From: an uncultured Bacilli bacterium
Lineage (GTDB): Bacteria > Bacillota_I > Bacilli_A > Izemoplasmatales > UBA1188
Direction of reading: 5' to 3'
Length of the DNA stretch: 64,000 nt
Assembly: GCA_905235635.1 (NCBI GenBank)
Contig: CAJOMC010000002.1
Coordinates: 12,067-76,066 of the forward strand
This document shows positions 10,022-19,468 of the stretch, piece by piece. A program made the position numbers and the translations under genes. The stretch's first letter is position 1. Every line of letters begins with the position of its first letter. The notes beneath the pieces are model-generated. The model had not been told where the DNA came from and made no database searches. It saw nothing but the letters and a program-made list of their open reading frames with translations.

Positions 10022-11377
10022 ATGAAGAAAATAGTTAGAATTATAATGTCTTTATTCTTAGTTATTGCGATTTCTTTAACTCTTTCATCTTGTGGTACAA
10101 CTACAGTTGAACCAACTAAGGTTAATGATGTCGCAAAAAATGCTTATATAATAGCGGTTGAAGAAGGATATGATGGCACATTCACAGATTGGATAATTAG
10201 TTTACTTGTGAGTGGTGAATATGAATCAATATATGAACTTGCAGTTGCATCTGGGGTATTTAATGGAACTATAGAAGACTTTATTATAAGTCTTAAAGGT
10301 GATACAGGAAGTACTAACTTAATTGATGCGACAAGTTATGCCCTCACATCTATTGTTTCTATATACTGCTCATTTAATCAAAAAACCACAGCACAAACTA
10401 TTTTCGGAAGAGAAACTACTTCTACTGAAAAAGTGAGCGTGACAGGTAGTGGTGTTATATATGAGATGAGTGGCGATGGCACAGCATACATTATCACAAA
10501 CTACCACGTAGTATATGACAAAGAATCTGCTCCTTTAATCTCAGATGAAATCTATGTATTCCTATATGGAATGGAATATGAGAAGTTTAAGATTTCTGCA
10601 TCATATATAGGCGGAAGTATGCAGTACGATATCGCAGTATTAAAAGTTGAATCAGATTATTTAAAGAGTGAATCAGGTTATCCTTACCATAGCGCAACAT
10701 TAGGTGATAGTTCAATGTTAATCGCTGGATCTAGCGTTATTGCAGTAGGTAACGCAAGAGGAAAAGGTATAAGCGTTACAAACGGTATTATCTCAGTACC
10801 TAACGATAATATATCTATGACTCTTGCGGATGATGAAACAAGCGCAAATATTAGAGTTATAAGAAACGATGCATTGATTAATGCGGGTAACTCTGGAGGC
10901 GGGCTATTTAATAGTGAAGGAATATTAATTGGTATTACAAACGCTAAAAATGTTCAAGAAAATACTGAAGGATTATGCTACGCTATCCCAATTAATATTG
11001 CTAAAGCTGTCGCAAATCAAATAATAAAAAAATGTAATGGTGATACCATAACCTCAATCGAAAGAGTATATCTTGGAGTAATGGTTGAAGTAATGGAAAG
11101 TGCCCCAGTATATAACGCAAATGGCGCTCTTGAAATTAGACAAAAGGTACAAGTTCAAGAAGTATCAAAGGATGGCGATTCGGTAGGAAAACTAGCCATT
11201 GGTGATGAACTTAAATATGTTACTTATAATAATGAAACATATCCAGTATTAAACTTAAATAGTGTTGAAGATGTACTTCTTAATGTATCTGTAGGTGAAT
11301 CGGTTACAATAGGTTTAATAAGAGATAATACTCAGTACGAGGTTGTGATTACTTTTACAAAAGGTACCGCAATCTAA
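10022..11377 (+). CDS. Lipoprotein trypsin-like serine protease (S1C/HtrA-like) with C-terminal PDZ-like region
   Basis: Lipobox LTLSSC. Catalytic triad context ITNYHVV / YDIAVLKV / NAGNSGGGLF. AGGAGG SD lies before the ATG. Confidence 0.75.
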   Translation: MKKIVRIIMSLFLVIAISLTLSSCGTTTVEPTKVNDVAKNAYIIAVEEGYDGTFTDWIISLLVSGEYESIYELAVASGVFNGTIEDFIISLKGDTGSTNLIDATSYALTSIVSIYCSFNQKTTAQTIFGRETTSTEKVSVTGSGVIYEMSGDGTAYIITNYHVVYDKESAPLISDEIYVFLYGMEYEKFKISASYIGGSMQYDIAVLKVESDYLKSESGYPYHSATLGDSSMLIAGSSVIAVGNARGKGISVTNGIISVPNDNISMTLADDETSANIRVIRNDALINAGNSGGGLFNSEGILIGITNAKNVQENTEGLCYAIPINIAKAVANQIIKKCNGDTITSIERVYLGVMVEVMESAPVYNANGALEIRQKVQVQEVSKDGDSVGKLAIGDELKYVTYNNETYPVLNLNSVEDVLLNVSVGESVTIGLIRDNTQYEVVITFTKGTAI

Positions 11378-11383
11378 TATTAT

Positions 11384-11421
11384 AAAGTAAAAATGGACTC
11401 GCTTGAGCCCATTTTTACTTT
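11384..11421. terminator. Bidirectional intrinsic terminator between convergent genes
   Basis: AAAGTAAAAATGG...CCCATTTTTACTTT forms a 13-bp stem. It is A/T-rich on both flanks. Confidence 0.6.
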
Positions 11422-11429
11422 ATAAATCA

Positions 11430-11966
11430 TTACTTTGTTTTCTTAACGTATGATCCAAATGTTAATTGATATAGAGTATAAACTCCATCAATTATCATAA
11501 CTGCGCCAGCAATATAGGCTAAGATATTCGCAAAACTCCATACAAATTTTGAACCGAACGCAAAGAGTAACATAACTACTGAAACAACTATCTGAGCAAT
11601 TGCGCCTATCTTATCCCCGTTCTTATCAAAGAGGGCGCCAAGTGCAGCAATTAGAGTTATTGCAGCGTAAACGATAAATGCTACCCAGTATAAGAACCAT
11701 CCTAAAAGTATTACTACAATACCAATAACGATTCTTACAAATCCTTGTGGATAATCTTTCTTAATTACATCAATTAGGCCGAGAACAATAAATACTGCGC
11801 CTACAACTGTAATTGCGAGTTTAATTAGCCATTCAACTGATGATATTCCGCCTACTATTAGTAAGATACCCATTGCGATTAGACCAATAGCGAGCAAGGT
11901 TCGTGAATCAAATTCAAATTTAATCTTTTTGTGTTGTTTTGGTGCTTTTTGGCTAGATTTTGCCAT
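11430..11966 (-). CDS. Polytopic membrane protein (HdeD/DUF308-like repeats of TM hairpins)
   Basis: 178 aa. Basic N-terminus, then about 6 hydrophobic helices. The family assignment is tentative. Confidence 0.45.
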   Translation of the reverse strand: MAKSSQKAPKQHKKIKFEFDSRTLLAIGLIAMGILLIVGGISSVEWLIKLAITVVGAVFIVLGLIDVIKKDYPQGFVRIVIGIVVILLGWFLYWVAFIVYAAITLIAALGALFDKNGDKIGAIAQIVVSVVMLLFAFGSKFVWSFANILAYIAGAVMIIDGVYTLYQLTFGSYVKKTK

Positions 11967-11969
11967 TTT

Positions 11970-12767
11970 CTACCTCCTTATATTTGGTGTTCCATCAAGC
12001 TTTTGTTGTTTCATCCATATAGACATTATAAGACTATGTGGAAGAATTTTCACTAAAGCCTGTTGAAATTTATTGTGGAAAGCGTATTTTGATACATCTT
12101 TCTTAGAATATAAATCTTTAATTGCTTTTTTAATAACGCCTTCCGCACTATCAATTGTACCATAATTAATCACCACTGGCTTCTCATTTTTATTAATTGC
12201 ACGATTGAAGAACTCTGTCTCAACCCAAAGGGGTGATACAGCAAGTACATGGATTCCTCTATATTTTAGTTCTCTATTTAAAGATCTTGAAAATGAAAGT
12301 AAGGCGGCTTTGGTTGCACCATACATATTAATGTATGGGACTGGTTGAACCGATGAACCGCTACATAGAATCATTATATTAGATCCTTCTTTCATATAAT
12401 CTAAAGTATAGTTAACCATTAGAACTGTAGATGTAAGATTAGTATCAATCATAGATATGTTTTCATCTGCGCTTACTGATTCAAAATGAGCGAATCTTCC
12501 CCAACCTGCGATACACGCAAGTACTTTAACGTTTGGTTTTTCTTCATCTATTTTCTTTTTATATACATCTTTTATTTTTTCTCTGTTGGTTAAATCTAGT
12601 ACGATAGGTACTATTTTAGCATTAACCAAACTTTGAAGTTCTTTTAGTTTTTCTTCCCTTCTTGCGATAACCCAAATCTCATCTACTTTTTCTTTTCTAT
12701 CTATTTGAGCCACGAATTCTTTTCCCATTCCAGAAGAGGCACCAGTAACCACAATTATATTTTTCAT
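11970..12767 (-). CDS. Short-chain dehydrogenase/reductase (SDR)
   Basis: TGASSGMG cofactor motif and YGATKAAL catalytic YxxxK. Confidence 0.8.
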   Translation of the reverse strand: MKNIIVVTGASSGMGKEFVAQIDRKEKVDEIWVIARREEKLKELQSLVNAKIVPIVLDLTNREKIKDVYKKKIDEEKPNVKVLACIAGWGRFAHFESVSADENISMIDTNLTSTVLMVNYTLDYMKEGSNIMILCSGSSVQPVPYINMYGATKAALLSFSRSLNRELKYRGIHVLAVSPLWVETEFFNRAINKNEKPVVINYGTIDSAEGVIKKAIKDLYSKKDVSKYAFHNKFQQALVKILPHSLIMSIWMKQQKLDGTPNIRR

Positions 12768-12852
12768 ATAGCAAAACCTCCCTCACAAAATACTAACAAT
12801 ATTCGATTTTATTTATACAAACTAATTATAATCTAAGTTATAATTAAAATGT

Positions 12853-13665
12853 ATGAAAAATAAAAAGAAAACGGACCAAGATAAAAGGAGCGACAATATT
12901 GTGTTTTTTAAGCTTTTATTTATCATAATAGAAGCTTTACTTTTTATTTTCGCTATGTTCAAGTTTAATAATAAGTTCTTGCTATTTTCAACTTTAGCAC
13001 TCGCATTAGTCTTTACTATGTTATTCTGGGGCAAAGAAAATGGACGTATTTATTTACCTAAACTCATTATTTTATTTGATGTGGTTGCGGATATATTTAT
13101 AACTTTAGGTGTTGGCATAGAGGGATTTGGCGAATATAAGACTAGAGTAATTGGAATGGGTGCATTTATAGTGGCGCAACTATTCACATCTTTATATGTT
13201 GTAGCTGGGGAAAGCAAAAAACTTAAGCTATACAAATTTATAACTTCATTAGCTTTATTTATAGCTTTATTTATTGTGTTAGTTATCTTACGATACAATG
13301 ATTTAAAACTATTATATGTTGAAGCACTGATTTATTTCTCACTTCTTATCACATCCCTTGTTTTCTCTTTTGTAACATTTAGAAAAAACCCTCTTCTTCC
13401 ATTAAGCCTACTATGTCTTACAATATGTGACTTAATAATAGGACTTGGTTTTATAGAAAATATGTTTGATTTGTCAGATAAAGCATTCTTTATCTTCTTA
13501 AATCATTTTAATATTAATCTTCCTTGGTTCTTCTATATACCATCATTTACTATTCTCGCACTAACTATTAGAACTCATTATAAATACGTTAAAAAAGAAA
13601 AAGATGATAAGGAAGATAATGATAAGTCTATTAATGACGATACAAAGTCTAAAGAAGAATCATAA
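12853..13665 (+). CDS. Polytopic membrane protein, unknown function, acidic/basic C-terminal tail
   Basis: 270 aa with about 7-8 hydrophobic helices. No diagnostic motif recognised. Confidence 0.5.
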   Translation: MKNKKKTDQDKRSDNIVFFKLLFIIIEALLFIFAMFKFNNKFLLFSTLALALVFTMLFWGKENGRIYLPKLIILFDVVADIFITLGVGIEGFGEYKTRVIGMGAFIVAQLFTSLYVVAGESKKLKLYKFITSLALFIALFIVLVILRYNDLKLLYVEALIYFSLLITSLVFSFVTFRKNPLLPLSLLCLTICDLIIGLGFIENMFDLSDKAFFIFLNHFNINLPWFFYIPSFTILALTIRTHYKYVKKEKDDKEDNDKSINDDTKSKEES

Positions 13666-13698
13666 ATACTATCACGATAATAATGGAGAATTAACTTT

Positions 13699-15114
13699 AT
13701 GAAATATGATGTCATTATAGTAGGGGCTGGCCCCTCGGGTTATTTTTGTGCTTACGAATTAACTGAGAAAAATCCAAATTTAAAAATACTTCTTGTGGAT
13801 AAGGGAAGAGAGATAGAGAAAAGGTCTTGTCCCGTTATGGAACATAAACTAGGTAAATGTCCAGAAAATAAAGAAGGATATAGAGAATGTTTCCCTGCGT
13901 GTTCTATCACAAGTGGTTTCGGAGGAGCTGGCGCATATTCCGATGGTAAATTTAATATCACCACTGAGTATGGTGGATGGTTAAATGACTATATGGATGA
14001 TAGTAAGTTACTTGAATTAATTTATTACGTTGATAGTATTAATCTAAAATATGGTGCTACTGAGACCATTACAAATCCTGAAACACCTAAGGTAAAAGAG
14101 ATAGAACATAGAGCCATGAGTGTTGGAGTTAAACTTCTAAGAGGAATGGTGAGACACCTTGGTACTGAAGAAAACATTAAGATATTAACTAAAATCTCTA
14201 ATCATTTAAAAGAAAGGATTGATTTAATGATGAGATGTGAAGTTAAGGACATTAATGTGGAAAATGGTCGTGTTACTGGAATCACATTAAAAAATGGTGA
14301 AGTGATTGAATCAGATTATGTAGTACTTTCGGTGGGCCGTGAAGGAAGCGAATGGCTTGGTTCTATCTTTGATAAACGCAAAATCAAAATGAGTTCTAAC
14401 CAGGTTGATGTTGGTGTAAGAGTTGAAACAACCAACCTAGTTATGGAAGAAATCAACGATAATCTATATGAAGGCAAATTCTTATATAAAACCAAGGCAG
14501 GAACGACAGTTAGGACTTTCTGTGCTAACCCAAGTGGACATGTGGTTATTGAAAATTATGAAGGCGTAGTAAATGTAAACGGACATTCATACAATGATTC
14601 TTCTCTTGGAAGCAATAACACCAACTTCGCTCTTCTTGTTTCACATAAGTTTGATGAACCATTTAATAAACCAAATGAATTCGCACTAAAAGTATCATCA
14701 CTTGCAAATCAACTATCTTGTGGAAGTGTAATAGTACAACGTTATGGTGATCTCTTAAAAGAAAGACGATCTACCGTAGCTAGAATTAATGAAGGTTTTA
14801 TTACACCTACACTCAAAGAAGCGGTTCCTGGTGATTTAAGACTATGTCTTCCATATAAAACAATGAAATCTATTATTGAAATGATTGAAGTACTAGATAA
14901 AATCACTCCTGGTATTGCGACAGAACACACTCTTTTATATGGTGTAGAAGCTAAATATTATAGTGCACACCCTGAAATTGATAATAAACTTGAAGTAAAA
15001 GATATAAAGAACTTATACGTTGGTGGTGATGGCGCAGGTATCACAAGAGGACTAGCCCAAGCTGGTGCATCTGGCGTATATATCGCAAGGAATATTATAG
15101 ATAAGATTAAATAA
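13699..15114 (+). CDS. FAD-dependent oxidoreductase (COG2509-like uncharacterised dehydrogenase)
   Basis: N-terminal Rossmann motif DVIIVGAGPSGYF and C-terminal GGDGAGITRGLAQA. Confidence 0.7.
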   Translation: MKYDVIIVGAGPSGYFCAYELTEKNPNLKILLVDKGREIEKRSCPVMEHKLGKCPENKEGYRECFPACSITSGFGGAGAYSDGKFNITTEYGGWLNDYMDDSKLLELIYYVDSINLKYGATETITNPETPKVKEIEHRAMSVGVKLLRGMVRHLGTEENIKILTKISNHLKERIDLMMRCEVKDINVENGRVTGITLKNGEVIESDYVVLSVGREGSEWLGSIFDKRKIKMSSNQVDVGVRVETTNLVMEEINDNLYEGKFLYKTKAGTTVRTFCANPSGHVVIENYEGVVNVNGHSYNDSSLGSNNTNFALLVSHKFDEPFNKPNEFALKVSSLANQLSCGSVIVQRYGDLLKERRSTVARINEGFITPTLKEAVPGDLRLCLPYKTMKSIIEMIEVLDKITPGIATEHTLLYGVEAKYYSAHPEIDNKLEVKDIKNLYVGGDGAGITRGLAQAGASGVYIARNIIDKIK

Positions 15115-15122
15115 GTTATATA

Positions 15123-15158
15123 AAGATAGATGGAGCTCAGTCGAGTTCCATCTATCTT
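15123..15158. terminator. Bidirectional intrinsic terminator between convergent genes
   Basis: AAGATAGATGGA...TCCATCTATCTT forms a 12-bp stem. Confidence 0.6.
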
Positions 15159-15160
15159 AC

Positions 15161-15961
15161 TCATTTATTCTTGGGTGTAATTAAACTCTTGATTATACTT
15201 AATTGTAGTCTTTTTGGTAAAAGAGAAAGAAGTATTAGTTTAGGATTTCTATTAATTGAATAAAGTAATTTAGGGTTCTTTTTATCTAGTATTTTCTTAA
15301 TTAAAATAGATAATTTATGTGGAGAAATGGTTTTAGATTCATTCTTCTCCACTATTTTCCTAAACAGTTTAGCATTTTCCTTATATAGAATAGTTTCATT
15401 TTCTACTCTTTCCACATTCTTAATAGATTCATCTAATAAAGTTGTGCTTATAGCACCAGGTCTTAAGATGATAACATTAATACCTAATAGGTTTAATTCT
15501 TGTCTAAGTGATAAAGCATAGTTTTCAAGGGTGTTTTTTGTTAGAGAATAGATTCCATTAAATGGAAGTGGATCAAGTGGGGCAACCTCACTTGATGTGA
15601 TCACTATTCTTGAACCTTTCTTTAAAATATCAATAAATACTTTATTAACCAAGAAAACACTATAAAAGTTAATGTCGAATACTTTCTTTAGCTTTTCTTC
15701 TTCTATTTCAATTAGGCTATCCATATAATATGTGCCACTTAAATGAACAATAGCGTCTATGGTGCCTTCGCATTTTATTTCCTCATATACCTTTCTTATT
15801 TCTTCTTCTTTTGTGAGATCGCAGGTAAATGATTTAACATTATTTATATAATCAATATTTTTAATATCAAGCGCATATACAAAATAACCATTTTCCGATA
15901 GATATCTTATTGTGGAATAACCAATTCCACCCGCTGCGCCTGTAACAATTACTTTTTTCAT
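15161..15961 (-). CDS. Short-chain dehydrogenase/reductase (SDR)
   Basis: VTGAAGGIGYS and YSLTKNTL (YxxxK). Confidence 0.75.
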   Translation of the reverse strand: MKKVIVTGAAGGIGYSTIRYLSENGYFVYALDIKNIDYINNVKSFTCDLTKEEEIRKVYEEIKCEGTIDAIVHLSGTYYMDSLIEIEEEKLKKVFDINFYSVFLVNKVFIDILKKGSRIVITSSEVAPLDPLPFNGIYSLTKNTLENYALSLRQELNLLGINVIILRPGAISTTLLDESIKNVERVENETILYKENAKLFRKIVEKNESKTISPHKLSILIKKILDKKNPKLLYSINRNPKLILLSLLPKRLQLSIIKSLITPKNK

Positions 15962-16031
15962 AAATCACCTATTTAATATAATTATACTTTATCTTGAGAT
16001 AAGGTGAAGATAAAAAATGATATAATAAGGT

Positions 16032-16355
16032 ATGATTGCGTATGGAATTATTGTGTTAGTCGCAGGACTTGCGTTATCTATAATATCAATATTTTTATCT
16101 TTAGGTCACATTAATCTATTACATGAATATCATAGATATAATGTGTCTGAGGAGAATAAAAAGAGATATGGTTTATCTATTGGACTATCTTTATTGATAG
16201 GGGGAGTTGGAATGACCATATCTGGTTTAATATCTATTATAGTTAATAACGAAGCCATTATGGGATATATGATGATTGTGGCTTACGTTCCACTCTTTAT
16301 TTCAATAATTCTTGCGTTCATTATAATAAAAAAGTTTAATAAGACAATAATATAG
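16032..16355 (+). CDS. Small membrane protein (3 TM)
   Basis: 107 aa with three hydrophobic helices and a short charged loop, EYHRYNVSEENKKRYG. Confidence 0.45.
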   Translation: MIAYGIIVLVAGLALSIISIFLSLGHINLLHEYHRYNVSEENKKRYGLSIGLSLLIGGVGMTISGLISIIVNNEAIMGYMMIVAYVPLFISIILAFIIIKKFNKTII

Positions 16356-16516
16356 TTTGTTTATTATAGAAAAATCACTAATAGTTTTATGGGGCATCTT
16401 ATTGGGACACTTATTTGTCTCGCAAAAAATAAAATAAACAAATGGAATATATATTCTATAGATCTTACATAATTAAGGCATACGTTTAAGGATATATCAA
16501 ACGTCTTTATGATAAA

Positions 16517-16542
16517 AAGCATCCCACTCATTTGGGATGCTT
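16517..16542 (-). terminator. Intrinsic terminator downstream of the 133-aa gene
   Basis: AAGCATCCCA/TGGGATGCTT form a 10-bp stem. On the minus strand it is followed by TTTTTATC. Confidence 0.55.
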
Positions 16543-16618
16543 AATTATTTATTGCGTGTGTCGGACAAAATGTTTCATTTGTACAGGTGTATCGGAAAAA
16601 CGTTTCATGAAAACACAA

Positions 16619-17020
16619 TCATTTTTCCAATCCAATCTCTTTTGCCAAAAAATCTTTAAATTTGTTGTTAGATACCGTGTCTATAGCATTTCCATCATAG
16701 TTATATGACAACAATCCCTTGACTAATAACTTCTTCCCATCATTATCAGTTTTTATATATTTTGGCATTCTAATAATATGTAATACCTTTGAATTAACCA
16801 TAAGTTCAAGCTGAGTGTTAGGTATACAATCATCAGCACATATTTTTAAATCTTCATCAGAATCAAATAAGCAATAATCTACATATTTATTTAAATCATT
16901 GTTTTTATTAATAAAGTCATCTATATTCTCGTTAATTTCATAGAATTGTTGTTCTTTAATGCCAAACATTCCTTCAACAGAAATATACTTAATTATTATT
17001 TCGCTAGATCTTTTTTCCAT
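16619..17020 (-). CDS. Hypothetical protein, no recognisable domain
   Basis: 133-aa ORF next to tRNA-Gly with its own terminator. No motif recognised. Confidence 0.4.
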   Translation of the reverse strand: MEKRSSEIIIKYISVEGMFGIKEQQFYEINENIDDFINKNNDLNKYVDYCLFDSDEDLKICADDCIPNTQLELMVNSKVLHIIRMPKYIKTDNDGKKLLVKGLLSYNYDGNAIDTVSNNKFKDFLAKEIGLEK

Positions 17021-17252
17021 AATAATCCATCCTTTATAACTAATATTTTACGATTTATTATAAACCAGTTTTCTTTTGATTTATATATAATTGTTTAAAA
17101 ATATATCGATTTATTATTTTCTATTAAAAATGAAAAATCGAGCGATAATAAAGAAAAAATCACCAATCCGTAGACTAGTGATATTTCATTTCTTGGCCAG
17201 ATTTGGCCATTATTTTTAATAAGTCAAAAAAAGACTTATAGACCAGCTAAGT

Positions 17253-17327
17253 TGGAGCCTCAGAACGGAATCGAACCGTCATCCTCTGCTTGGGAAGCAG
17301 GAGTAATGACCATTATACTACTGAGAC
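17253..17327 (-). tRNA. tRNA-Gly (anticodon CCC), CCA encoded
   Basis: The reverse complement folds as a cloverleaf. Acceptor stem is GTCTCAG/CTGAGGC. Anticodon stem is CCTGC/GCAGG with loop TTCCCAA. The T arm carries GGTTCGATTCC. Discriminator is U, followed by CCA. Confidence 0.85.
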
Positions 17328-17416
17328 AATAGAGTCTAATAATATTGTATCACAATCCTTATATTATTAGACTATTAAAGAAAATAATCCGCAACTAACG
17401 GATTATTTCTATTTAA

Positions 17417-19321
17417 CTATATAAATTTTTCAATTAATGCTGCAATCTCATATGGAGTTTGAGCGAGTACGGATTCTGATTCAGACTCAGTTTCAATTTG
17501 GAACTCTTTTTCTAATTGATTAACTAGCGAGAAGTAATCAAGTGAATTTCCACCTAAATCATTATAGAAGTTAGAATGATCATCAATAGTGTTAGGATCT
17601 ATCACAAGAACTTCGGCGATTAATTCCTTAATCTTCTTTAAGATTGCCGGGTTAACGTCTGCATATGTTTTCTTAGTTAACTCTTCAGGTTTTTTAAGAG
17701 ATACTCTATTTTCAGCGATTTCTTTTAAAAGGAATTGTCTAGATACTTTTATTGCACCTTCGCTTTGAATGTGATCATATGTAAAGAGTATTTGTCTCAC
17801 CATCATGGATGAGTCAATATCTTTATTAACATTATTAACATAAGATACAATTTCTTCAATTTTGTGAGCTGGAAGATATGGAGTAATTTCTATAACCATT
17901 GTTAAGGTGTTTTCTAAACCAAGAACACTAATCCTTGATGCGTAAGGTACATTGAACATATTTTCTACAGTATCAGGATTAACATTTTCACCATTATCTG
18001 AGATGAATACATCATCTTTTCTACCATCGATATAGTATCTATCCTCTAAAACGTGTGCATTATCTTCGGTTGTAAACCATTCATAGCCTTCGTGTAGTTC
18101 ACCATCAATATAAATCTTATGTGACATAGACGGAGCCTTGATTTCAAGAATTCCTTCATCATTAATTCTATATTCAATGCCATCAAATGGTTTGCCTATT
18201 GATGATAAAAGTCTATCTTTAATTTTGTCTGATAACTCTACTGAAGTAATACCAACTTCGCTCATTCCGAATCCATTATATAAGTTATATCCTAAAGCAT
18301 TAAATAGTTTAAGAGTAGATTCTTTTACATATGAACCACCACTTATACAAAACTTCACAGAAGGTCCAAATAGTTCATTTCTTATATCCTTTAATGCTTT
18401 ATTTACAATTCTTTCAGAATGTTTTTCTCTTGCGACTAAAGCTTTATCAAGCCCTTCAACTAATGCGTTATATTGTTCATCGCCAAGTTTTTTAACTTTC
18501 TTGAATAATGTCTTTTCAATAGATCTAAAGAATAAAGGCACTGCGAATATATGAGTTACCTTATGCATTTTAATAGTATCTAGAATAGTTTCAGGGGATA
18601 AATCACGTAAAAATACAAATGTAGCACCTAAGAAACTAAACCAGAAGTATGTCGCAAATAAACCAAACACATGGTATAAAGGCAAAAACATAAGTTGAGC
18701 CATCTTACCTTTATAAATAGATTTCATTCTGTGACAAGCATTAGTAATGTTTACACTATTTAAGTTTTGAGCTGCGATTTCTTGGCCAGTATAGAACACA
18801 ATCTTTTCTTTTAATGTAGTAGCACTTGTAGATAATGCCATTTCATTAGCAAAAGATGGACTATATGTCTCTGGCGCTTCCTTTTGTTTAATTGCGTCTA
18901 CTGGAATAATTTCAGCATCATATCCTTGGTTTAATCCAATAACATAATGTATTCTAAGAGTCTTAATAATCGAGTTAGTTAAATGACTAGGATGTCTTAA
19001 ATTGACAAGATATGGTTTGTTCCCACTCATGAGTATTGCCCAGAAGCATACGACCCAGTCAATTGAGTTTTCGAGCGCAAGACCTACATACTCATCTTTT
19101 AATTTAGGATATAGCTCATTAATTGAATATGCATAGTCATATACTTTTTGTCTTGCATCTTTATAAGTTAATGGATATATTTCAATGCCATCATCTGTCT
19201 CTGCGAAGATGTGATCATCAACGTAGAATGAATATTTGAATAGCGCCTCAAAGTCTTTCTTAGAAGAGGCAAGCTCTTTAGTCTTTCTTTTTAAGAGTTT
19301 ATTAAACTCATGTTTTTTCAT
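17417..19321 (-). CDS. Adenylate-forming enzyme (acyl-CoA-synthetase-like) fused to a C-terminal carrier-protein (PCP/ACP) domain
   Basis: FACS-like motifs LPLYHVFG, GFGMSEVG and WFTTEDNAHV..DGRKDDVFISDNGENVNP. The C-terminal DLGGNSLDYFSLV is a phosphopantetheine-attachment motif. Confidence 0.75.
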   Translation of the reverse strand: MKKHEFNKLLKRKTKELASSKKDFEALFKYSFYVDDHIFAETDDGIEIYPLTYKDARQKVYDYAYSINELYPKLKDEYVGLALENSIDWVVCFWAILMSGNKPYLVNLRHPSHLTNSIIKTLRIHYVIGLNQGYDAEIIPVDAIKQKEAPETYSPSFANEMALSTSATTLKEKIVFYTGQEIAAQNLNSVNITNACHRMKSIYKGKMAQLMFLPLYHVFGLFATYFWFSFLGATFVFLRDLSPETILDTIKMHKVTHIFAVPLFFRSIEKTLFKKVKKLGDEQYNALVEGLDKALVAREKHSERIVNKALKDIRNELFGPSVKFCISGGSYVKESTLKLFNALGYNLYNGFGMSEVGITSVELSDKIKDRLLSSIGKPFDGIEYRINDEGILEIKAPSMSHKIYIDGELHEGYEWFTTEDNAHVLEDRYYIDGRKDDVFISDNGENVNPDTVENMFNVPYASRISVLGLENTLTMVIEITPYLPAHKIEEIVSYVNNVNKDIDSSMMVRQILFTYDHIQSEGAIKVSRQFLLKEIAENRVSLKKPEELTKKTYADVNPAILKKIKELIAEVLVIDPNTIDDHSNFYNDLGGNSLDYFSLVNQLEKEFQIETESESESVLAQTPYEIAALIEKFI

Positions 19322-19435
19322 TTTCTTCTCCCTAGCATTCAGTAAAGACTATATGTCTTTATCGTCAAATGCTTTTAATAGGATACCAAAAGATATAAAA
19401 ATATGCAAGTGTCAATATTTTGGTGGGAAAATTCA

Positions 19436-19468
19436 AAATAAAAAGTGTCATTAATTTGACACTTTTTA
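19436..19468 (-). terminator. Intrinsic terminator after the MBL-fold gene
   Basis: AAAAGTGTCA...TGACACTTTT stem overlapping the stop codon. On the minus strand it is followed by TTTTTATTTTG. Confidence 0.65.

Noticed and set aside
12822-13298. Minus-strand ORFs 12822-13034 and 13050-13298
   Set aside because: They overlap the longer plus-strand polytopic membrane gene (12853-13665) and the promoter region. They have no SD and a shadow-frame composition.
18138-18554. 138-aa plus-strand ORF antisense to the adenylation-carrier gene. The same class includes 51576-52007, 61883-62326, 30097-30447, 49439-49777, 50269-50562, 9007-9234 and 14958-15164.
   Set aside because: All lie fully inside, or overlap, strongly supported conserved genes on the other strand. 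They are Ser/Leu/Ile/Pro-rich with no motifs, and are best explained as shadow ORFs.
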